64,000 nt of DNA from Vicugna vicugna (lineage: Eukaryota). Below are positions 44,778 through 54,040 of the stretch, piece after piece. The stretch's first letter is position 1. Every line of letters begins with the position of its first letter. The stretch spans positions 7,115,449-7,179,448 of the forward strand of contig MU058423.1 of assembly GCA_013265495.1 (NCBI GenBank), written 5' to 3'. The notes beneath the pieces are model-generated. The model did not search any database and was not told the origin of the DNA. It was given only the letters and a program-made list of their open reading frames with translations. Both the position numbers and the translations under genes were made by a program.

Positions 44778-44995
44778 TATTGTTCTTAGATTGGTTTAAA
44801 CCAGGAGTGAATTTGACTCCCAGGAAACACTTGGCAATGTCTGGAGACATTTTTGGTTGTCACACTTGGAGAAATGGTAGTTGCTGGTTTCTAAGTAGGA
44901 GAGATCTGGGGGCTGTTAAACATCCTGGTATGCACAGAACAGCCTCCCACAGCTAGGAATTGTCCGACCTCCTATGCCAAGGTTGAGAAACTCTG
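44778..44995. mobile_element. MER20 hAT-Charlie DNA transposon, ending ~45 nt before an exon acceptor
   Basis: acacttggcaatgtctggagacatttttggttgtcacac...gctgttaaacatcctggtatgcacagaacagcctcccaca...gccaaggttgagaaactctg. Confidence 0.85.
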
Positions 44996-45040
44996 ATTTA
45001 AAGCTTGTAAGATAATTTTTCCCTTTCTTACATTGTGTAG

Positions 45041-45148
45041 GGTCCCAAAGGAGAAAGAGGAGAGAAAGGAGAAGCTGGTCCGCCTGGAGCTGCTGGACCT
45101 CCTGGTGCTAAGGGACCACCAGGTGATGATGGGCCTAAGGGTAACCCG
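45041..45148 (+). CDS. COL11A1: COL11A1 exon (~51), 108 nt, [36 protein letters not shown]
   Basis: gtgtag|GGT...CCG|gtaagt. Confidence 0.96.
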
Positions 45149-45445
45149 GTAAGTGACCTTGGTCCTCTTTCAAGTGGCATCTCTCAAAGCCACTTTGGAG
45201 CTTTTCAAAATAAGATTAAAAATCATGAGACTATGGCCTACAGCTGGCAAAGCTGACTTTTCATTGTTTCCCATATTCATAAGCTTTATCAATTTCCTTC
45301 TTTTTTTTTTTAAATTCTTCTAGCCAGATAAGGGAAATATTCTCATATGGGTAAACCATGACTTTCACTTCTTACACATCAGAATATCATGATTTTATAA
45401 AAAATTTTTAAATTTGTTTTCTTTCCTTTAAAAACATGATTTTAG

Positions 45446-45499
45446 GGTCCTGTTGGTTTTCCTGGAGATCCTGGTCCTCCCGGGGAACCCGGCCCTGCA
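45446..45499 (+). CDS. COL11A1: COL11A1 exon (~52), 54 nt, GPVGFPGDPGPPGEPGPA
   Basis: attttag|GGT...GCA|gtaagt. Confidence 0.96.
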
Positions 45500-46141
45500 G
45501 TAAGTATCATGGAAAAACAAAGCAGTTATTCTGCTGGGGATGTTCCCAGTGCTTCCATTGCTAATAACTAAATTCTTAACTACTTAAGTGGATCCTCAAA
45601 AATAAAAAGAAAAGGATAATGTAAATTGTAGTCACAACTGCCACAATAATATCCAAGTACTTGGAGGCGATTCGACCTGTGCTGCATGATTATTATTATC
45701 TCTTCATTGGGTTAATTTTACAGACTTTGTTGGGTTGTGCATACTAATTATCTAATTATTACTATTATTTGAAAGTTGCAGGATTTTTACTTTTATCTCA
45801 GTCTCTTCTCTAAAATGTAAATCTTATCTCAGAGTACACCGTATTTGTTCATAGTGAAAGGATGCACTGGCCTTGTATACTAATTGTATCCTCTGCTTTT
45901 CTTATATTAAGAACATACTCTATTTTAGATTTGATGTAGTAGCAGTTTCACCAATTTTATGAAAAGAGTGAGAAATACCATAATCCTTGAAAAAACAACC
46001 CAAAGAATATACTACTACTTTTCTTTGTCTATCTGTTAATAACTTATCTCAAGGACTAAGATAGTACACCCCATCTTTTTTCTGATAAAAGTAAATTAAT
46101 AGTGAGAAATATCTGGGTTCATTTTCTATTGTCCATTACAG

Positions 46142-46195
46142 GGTCAGGATGGCGTTGGTGGTGACAAGGGTGAAGACGGAGATCCTGGTCAGCCG
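46142..46195 (+). CDS. COL11A1: COL11A1 exon (~53), 54 nt, GQDGVGGDKGEDGDPGQP
   Basis: attacag|GGT...CCG|gtaagt. Confidence 0.96.
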
Positions 46196-47231
46196 GTAAG
46201 TAAGCACACTATTTTGGTCTCAAAACATTTTAATAAGACTCAAAATGTTGTAAAGAAATTATCAGAAATCATCAGACTTTCAAAAGCATGACTATGTGTG
46301 CACACACTTTTCAGAATGAATTATCAGTTACATCTGAATTCCAGTTTAGAGTCCGTCTTACATGGGATGTTTCTTATTTGATGTGATTTAAGGAACATAA
46401 GCAAAGTCTTCATAATAGCCTGTAGTCATGCCATACTAGTGATTTTGTCACAGTGTGTCAAACTCAGCCATCTCGCCTTTTGTGTTAAATAAAAAATCAT
46501 TTTAAAAACACAAGTAAGACTTAAATGAAGAAAATCGGGTTATCAGGATATCATTAGCATGAATTACTTCACTCACCTAAATGAACTCAGCATCTTATTG
46601 GACTTTTTTTTTTTTTTTTCAATTTTTAACTTGGGAAATGCAATAGGAGGCTTTGGCCACATGTGGTTATTTAGGGAGGAAGTGAAGGAGGGCACTAACT
46701 TAAGTAGGAGCCAAACACAAACTGTACTGTTAACGTGACTTTGTCTCTAGAGCCGTACCCACTGGACATTTGCAGTAGGTAAGACTTGTGGGTCATGTCC
46801 CCGCATGTTGTGTATTCCTTGGCATAAAAATGCTAGTATTGCACAAGAAGAAATTTAGAGGTCATAGATGTATGGTCTCCCAAAATTACGTGGTATGAGT
46901 AGAATTATTGACCATATGACTCTATTAATTAGTGTATCTATTAGATGCTTCTCGGAGTCAAATTAGCATTTAAAAAAAGACAGTCTGGATTAGAGCGAAT
47001 TCGATTCACTTTTTTCCAGCAATGAAGAAGTTTTCCATATGAATTGACCAGGTCTAATTATAGCCATTTGGAGGAAGTTTAGGTATCTGAAATTGGGCTG
47101 AGATTTTCCAGGAAAGATAGATGTGGAGAAGTCAACAAAGAAGGTAGGCTGTAGTCCAGATTTTGAAAAGTGCTGTGGGCCATAGAATAATAATACCCAA
47201 CTGCTTACAAACTATTTTCCATATTTTATAG

Positions 47232-47285
47232 GGTCCTCCTGGCCCATCTGGTGAGGCTGGCCCACCAGGTCCTCCTGGAAAAAGA
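47232..47285 (+). CDS. COL11A1: COL11A1 exon (~54), 54 nt, GPPGPSGEAGPPGPPGKR
   Basis: tttatag|GGT...AGA|gtaagt. Confidence 0.96.
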
Positions 47286-48627
47286 GTAAGTTTCTTAAAT
47301 TCTTTATTTGAAACATCTACTCATTATCCATTGTGTGTATAAATTTATATAATATATGTAAGCTGTAGGCAACACATTATAATGGTGCTGAAGAATATTA
47401 AGTCCTAGAGATTCATTCCTTATATTTGTCAAAATACTTATTAAAATAGAACACACTTTGACAGATTTAATCAGATTAAACAGATTTAATGAAAAGTAGT
47501 TTTCCACTTCTTTGTGCTTAGATCTCTGCCACCGTATACATATTGTAGGCTCTTCTAAAAGACTCTGATGGTACCCTGAACTTCAGCTCATGGTGCTCCA
47601 GGGAGGCCAGTTGTCCAAAGTCTGGTGCTTGCTGAAAATGTAAAAACCTGAATGCAGTATCAATAGAATGAGCTCAGGAATCGGCGTATGATGTTAGATC
47701 TCTTTACACTATCCAGCTACTCTGATTTGGAAACAATGGCAGGATTTTAACAAAGAACTATGGTAAACATAAATAAAAAGATCTTGTTCAAAATATTGGC
47801 TACCGTGGACCCTAGGAGATTTACTTTACTGCCTTTTTCCTACGATTGTACTGTTCTTATAACAAAACAATCCAGTTGACCTGCCTCTCACAGCTCTTGT
47901 ATCAGTATACAGTGTTCTCCTGTATCTCCTTTAGTCTGTTTTCCAACCTATCTATGAACAAAGTAAGTGATAAACATCAAAATGTATTCTGTAGGCTCAT
48001 TTCCCCCTCAGCACGCCAAAGGCACTGTTGTTTTCTAGCGGCGTCTTCGTCTAAGTGGGATCGTCACACTGCACGTCCTCATATACAGTGTGTGGACAGG
48101 TTTTACTTCTGTCTCTCAGGATAGAAATTTGAGTTAACATTTATAAGCGAACATTTCTTTTTGACAGAAATCAGCTTATTTTAGAGTAAATATTTTCTCC
48201 GAATACCGTTTTCTTTTCATTGACCAAGTACCTTTTTTACCTTTCTCCTCTTTCGCATTCTCATTATTATTATTACTGTAATTATTTTGTTCTTTGTTTT
48301 CTTTTCTTTAGCAGCACTAAAGTATAGTCTTGGTTAAAAAAAAAAAAGTATTCCAAAACAAGCATTGGAATGCATACGTCTGTTATTCTGAGAAAAGAAT
48401 TACAAAGTGTGACATGGTTCTCAAGATCTGTTGTCCATTTTTGCCTGCAGTCTGAATGTCCTTAAAACTCTCCAGGTGAATGTGTATATATGTTCTAGTA
48501 TTCCAGGCCTTTCAGAAGAATAATTATGTAAAATGTCTTTGAAAGTGGGTTGAAATCTTTGAAAGTAGATTGAGAAGGTATGAAAGCATTTTTTTTCTTT
48601 CTCTCAGTCAAATGATGGAAGGCTATT

Positions 48628-48740
48628 TAATGTAGTGGTTAATCAGGCAATGAAGTCATACTACCTGGCTTTTAACCCAGCTCTACCACTTATTACCTGT
48701 GCTACACTGGGCAAGTGACTTATCCTGTTTCTCAGGGAGG
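48628..48740 (+). mobile_element. MIR SINE 5' part
   Basis: tgtagtggttaa...aacccagctctaccacttattacctgtgctacactgggcaagtgactta. Confidence 0.65.
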
Positions 48741-49624
48741 GCCTACTACCTGGGGTTTAAGATAACTCATATAATACAAAAATAATAATATATGTTCACA
48801 TAATAATGTTAGCAAACATGCTAACATGTCCTTAGTTATGAAATAGTTATTGAATATTTATAAGCAAAAAAGTGACCATCTTGTATAAGTGTAAAATATT
48901 ATTCTTTTGATACAGAGGGAAATAGACCTTCCTTTAAGTGCAGTAACTACTGGAAAAAGAGGGACTACTTAAAAATCTATTTTGAATACTTTATTAATAT
49001 ATATTAAAAGCTTCTCAGCTCATTCCATTATCCAAAGCAAACTCTCAATGCAGTTTTATTTTAAAATATGTCAAACAAATTATTTATAATCTTTGATAAA
49101 TTGAACTAAGTACCATTTGCTATTTGGGATGTATTTTAATATGGTGACAGAGTAATGGAATGAATTAGTTTCTTTAGCTAGACAGTGGTGGATTATGTGA
49201 CTTACTCACTTTGAAAACAACTGAATGATTTTGAAATTTTAAAAAAGTAAATAAATAAAAAATATACTAGAGAGTATGAATGGAAACTCTTTTTATAAAG
49301 AGAGGGCACTTAGATGTGAACCACTATATCACATACAACTTTTGGATTAACATATGACTTAAAACTTATATGCAAATCTATGACAAAACTATCAAAAAGG
49401 TATTATCTTAAATCTATTAAGCTATATGTGAAAGAGTATTTCAGCACAATAGTTAATATTGACACTGTTGACACTATTATAAACATTTAAAATATTTCCA
49501 TTCATATGAACTAGTTTTTAAACCTTGTAATACAATGCAACAAACTTCACTTTTATTATAGCAGAGAGTTTTAAAAATATTTGTACTGAATACTTTGGAA
49601 TGCATAATGATCAACAGTTATACC

Positions 49625-51137
49625 TTTTTTTTTTTAATGAGTGAGGAAAACATTTATTCCATCTCCAAAATTAGTCTAACAGAATCCGAGGCTGCTGTGC
49701 GTCCTCCCCCAAGGCTTTGTAATACATTCAGGACCGTCTAGGGGCCGTGGGGTGCGCCCCACACCTAACTGACAACAGGATATTTGCATAAAGCTGGGTG
49801 TTCCGGTCAGGCAAAGCCCCTCCCGGCAGCCAAGGGCTGGGAGCAGGGACAGGGAAGTGCGGCCCCAGCCCCCTGCGGCGGGCACCGGCCCTGCCCCTCA
49901 GCTGTCAGGAGGGTGGCTCAGAGGCACTGGCACAGGGTCGTGACCCCAGAATCAAGAGCAAGCTGACACCACAGCAGTGAACACGGGGCTGCAGGCTTCC
50001 AGAGCAGGCACGGGGCTGGGGGCACAGACGGCAGGAAGGAACCTGAGCGAGGAGGAAAGGAGCCCCAGCCCAGCGCCGGCAGCAGAGCAGGGGGAAGGTC
50101 CCACCTGGTCTTTGGCAGAGAACGGCCCTGAGGCCTGGGCCTGGGCCCGGGCCCGGCGCCTTTGGGCGGGGGAGAAGCTAAGGCACTCGTCAAACAGCGT
50201 GTTAAGCACTTCAAGCTACTCCAGGCGGGGCTGGGCATCATTAAAAGTAATGACAGAACACGTCTAACTGAAAACCCTTTCCTAAAAATTGCTCTTGAAG
50301 AGCCCTTGGGGCACAGTCAGGTCAGGCCGAGAGGCTCTGGGCGGCCGGGGCTGGCGAGACGGGAGCTCCGACAGGCCGGACGAAGGGGGCCCGCAGCTCC
50401 GGGGTCAAGCCTCCGGGGAGGAGTCCGGGAGGAAGGGAGGCCCCCCAGGCGCCCTCGCTGCTCGCCTTACCAGCCCCAGCTGCAGCTCAGTGCGCGGGAG
50501 GCGGCTGGAAGCCCTCGGCGGTCTCGGCGTTCTGGGTGGAGGGCGGCTGCTGGTAGCTGCCCGGAGGCCCGCCGGGGTCCGGAGTAGGGTCCACGTAGTT
50601 CTGGATGGAGTCGTCCACTCCGGCCTTGTAGCGCTGGTAGGCCAGGGAGGCCAGCACGCCCCAGGAGAAGATGGAGAAGAAGCTGAAGGTGATGGCCGCC
50701 CGGGCCGAGTCGGCTCCCACCCGCACATCTTCCAGCTTGGTGGCAGCCCACTGGTTGGTAAGGAAGCAGAAGCCAGCGAACCACAGGAAGGTCCAGAGAG
50801 CTGAGAAGAGCAGGTCGCCGATGACCAGGAGCTTGCGGTCAGTGGCGTTGCTGATACGGGGGAAGCAGACGTCGACCACGGAGAAGCAGGCGGAGGCCAG
50901 GAAGGCCAGCACCCCAACGGCGCTGCCGTAGCGGCAGGCATCCTCGTTGCGGTTGAACACGCAGTACTGCTGTTGGGACTCGTGGGTGTTGCTGTAGCCC
51001 TCACCGAAGATGCAGGAGAACACGATCAGGGCGAAGACCAGGCACACGGCGCGGACCGCCACCTGCGGCTGCGTCAGGAAGCGCCGCAGGTCGAAGGAGC
51101 CGCCCGCCTTGGCCGCGCCGTAGGCCCCGCGCTCCAT
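49625..51137 (-). pseudogene. SYNGR2: Processed retrocopy (pseudogene or retrogene) of synaptogyrin-2: CDS, ~850-nt 3'UTR and poly(A) remnant
   Basis: Intronless copy of a multi-exon gene; AATAAA on minus strand (TTTATT 49653-49658) followed by A11 (T run 49625-49635); abrupt GC-rich/AT-rich boundaries; candidate imperfect TSD TATACCTTT 49619-49627 / TATACTTCT 51139-51147. Confidence 0.93.
50487..51137 (-). CDS. SYNGR2: Intact 216-aa synaptogyrin-2-like ORF (MARVEL, four TM segments); extendable by 16 aa to an in-frame ATG at 51185
   Basis: MERGAYGAAKAGGSFDLRRFLTQPQV...CVFNRNEDACRYG...DSARAAITFSFFSIFSWG...YQRYKAGVDD...NYVDPTPDP matches SYNGR2; no stop or frameshift; TGA at 50487-50489. Expression cannot be seen from sequence. 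Confidence 0.55.
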   Translation of the reverse strand: MERGAYGAAKAGGSFDLRRFLTQPQVAVRAVCLVFALIVFSCIFGEGYSNTHESQQQYCVFNRNEDACRYGSAVGVLAFLASACFSVVDVCFPRISNATDRKLLVIGDLLFSALWTFLWFAGFCFLTNQWAATKLEDVRVGADSARAAITFSFFSIFSWGVLASLAYQRYKAGVDDSIQNYVDPTPDPGGPPGSYQQPPSTQNAETAEGFQPPPAH

Positions 51138-51949
51138 ATATACTTCTAATGAGTAACCAAAACAAACCTCTAGAAAGACCGCCATTCAATTCTAGAATTA
51201 AGAACATGGTATAGAAAAGTCAGCACATATACAAATATTTAGATTATATTCTGTGCTGCAGAAAACGAGCCAGTGTTTGATAGTGGGAGGTCCATGTATT
51301 TGTATTCTCATCATTCACACCTGCATTAGACCTCTACATTTGCTGCTTAAATGAGGTACCATATAAGAATATTAACCATTGATTTTTTATTCCTCAGTCT
51401 TTATAATGAGAATAAGGTTATATATTTTTCACAGATTAGAAATAGTTATGTATTACATGGTATATAGTATACACTATAAACTATAATATAGAGTATTTTT
51501 ATAATATATAACATATTAAAGGTGTATTAACAAGAACATAGTATACACTCAACAAATTTTAGTTATTTGTTGCTTTAGGAGCATAAAGAATAGCCAGTGA
51601 TTTTTTTCAATTCGAAAGTTATGATTACATGATACTAGTAAATTGCAAGTTTAATTGGTAAGTTTCTTTTTTAAATTTAAATATCAGAAAATTGGAGAGC
51701 AACAAGTCATATTACTCTCTTCCTGTCAGTATTTCTAACTACACAAACTGTCTTGATAAACTCTCTTGACTAAAAGGAATTTAAAAACCTTGAAAAAATA
51801 AAAATATGTTTAAATGCATCAATAAGATGGGTAGAAAATAAGAAATTAAGATACTGTGTCAGTAAAGTTATAATTGAACCTCTCTATAGTTATACAGGCA
51901 AATGGTCTTAGTGAAGAGAGCTTAGAAAAGGCTCAAAAATATATGGAAA

Positions 51950-53100
51950 CTTCATTTGTGTCCAATTAGACACTGCAGATCATTGGATAAAAGATAGAAT
52001 ATTGAATAAATGGTGCTGGGGCAGTTGAAAATCTTTATAATAGTAAAATTGGACTTTACATTTTTCCATTCACAAAAAAAAAATTCTACTTGAATTAGAA
52101 TCTTAAATGTAAAAAGAAAACTTTGGAATACTTTAGCAAAAATTGTTGGAGAATAAATTTTTGACCCTTAGTTATAAATTCTGGTCACACATTCTGATCA
52201 GAATGGAAAATCCTGATGTACCAAATATATTACACTGAAAAATTTCTGTTTATCTAAAAATACTGAAAGGACATTGAAAAGATCCAATTAGGAGAAAATA
52301 CTTTTAACATATATAAAACTTACAGAGAAGACTTTTCCAGAGTCTGTACAAATTAAGAAGGAAAAACATCAAACAACCTACAGGGAAAAAAAATCAGCAA
52401 AAGACATGAAAAGATATTTGACATAAATGTTCCACAAACACATGAAAAGATGTGTAGAAGTTAGGGAAATGTGTGCTAAAAATTACATTGAGATACTACA
52501 CACATCTATCAATTGACAAAAATTTAAGTCTGACAAACCAAATGTTGGAAATAATGTTTTCAAAAAAAATAATGGGGATTATTATATACAGCTAGTATAT
52601 GAGTTAATTGGTAAAACTGCTTTAGGAAAATTGTTCAATGTTACCTAGTAGAATTTAACAATGAACTTTTCCTACTATTTTGTAGTTCCATTTCTAGGTA
52701 CATACTCTGGATGGCATCTTACACAAGAGACACATGTAGAAAAATTAAGTGCATTGAGATATATTCATAAACTGAAATATTATATGGCAGTGAAAATGAA
52801 TGTATTGCAGATATGAGAATCAACAAAGATGGATCACAAATACCTGATGTTAAGAAGAAAGTACATATAATGTTGAGCTGGAGAAGGCATATAATTCCAT
52901 TTATATAACATGCAGAAAATTAAAAACATGATTAGCATTCAAACATAAGTGGTAAAAATGAGTTTAAAAATTAAGGCAATCATTAATCAAAATTTAGAAT
53001 GGTAATTTCTCTAGGAGAAAGAGGATTGCAATAGTTGCAAGTGACATGTAGGAAGTGATATATTTGTATGTTGAGAGACTTAAGACATTAAAGTTCTTAA
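51950..53100 (+). mobile_element. Ancient LINE-1 (L1ME-like) ORF2 end / 3'UTR fragment
   Basis: aataaatggtgctggggcagttg...cagcaaaagacatgaaaagatatttg...cacatgaaaagatgtg...aagtctgacaaaccaaatgttgg. Confidence 0.7.
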
Positions 53101-53849
53101 CTGATTCATTCCCTGTATAATCTTTTTCTTTCGTATTACTAGAAAATTCTTTTGTGGGGTTCTCCCTTTTTGACTTTTGATGAGATAATCTCATCAAAAA
53201 ATTTAAAGATGTTCTAGCCTCCCATTTTAAAAAACGATTTTTACAAATACGATAAGCTATTTTTATTCCGCTCTAGTCACTTTACAAGCAAAATTAGAAG
53301 GCTTTGTAACCATGAATTATTAATGACAAAGCTTACAAAGCTGTTTACGTCCATTTTGATTTAGCAGAAACATCAACCTTAGGTCAGCCCAATTGAGCAA
53401 CATTATGCAGGTTTTCCTCTTTTGAAATGTGGCATCGTTAAATTTAGCCTGAAAATGGTATTTAACACAATGTGTTGTGTTCTGTATCAGGATTGGATAA
53501 ACTGGCAGGTTTAATTGGCTTTCTCCGTTTTACACAATAATCGTTTTTGTTTATCAGAGTAAAATGTATTTTTAATGATATAAAAGATTACTCTAATGTC
53601 AGCAGTCTTATTACTAAAACTATAATTTGCTCTGATTTAACACTAGCATATAATGTTTCTGTTCTTTTGAATTACAACTAACCAAACTAGTCAATTTAAT
53701 CAAGGGCTCCAACTTAACCTAAAAGAAAAAAAAAAGTAGCTTAGCTGAAAAAAATAGAAATGCAAATTATTTACTTAGGTCTTTCTCAGCCTATACACTG
53801 ACACTCTTCACAGCTCACTATCAGCACAAAGTAGTCCCAAATGCTGTTA

Positions 53850-54040
53850 CTGTAGAATCAAACAGACCTGGTTTTTTAAATCCTTGTTTTGATACCTAGA
53901 AATATGACTTAGGATAAGTTAATTTCTTTGAGTCTCAGTTTTCTCATTTATGAAGTGGGCATAATAACTAATTTTCCATGCTACAGTAAGGACTAAATTA
54001 GTAAAATGTATATCTAAACCCCCAGGTCTAATATCTGGTT
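53850..54040 (+). mobile_element. MIR SINE
   Basis: gacttaggataagttaatttctttgagtctcagttttctcatttatgaagtgggcataataa. Confidence 0.6.

Noticed and set aside
48804..48828. Short inverted repeats (ATGTTAGCA/TGCTAACAT here; similar ones near 45172-45195 and 57014-57034)
   Set aside because: 7-9-bp stems are expected by chance in 64 kb of AT-rich sequence; no miRNA-like extended hairpin.
49676..51004. Many overlapping ORFs (60-199 aa) on both strands, e.g. 50162..50587+, 50289..50804+, 50405..51004-
   Set aside because: Shadow frames of a GC-rich retrocopy where stop codons are rare; low-complexity G/A/P/R products with no recognisable family.
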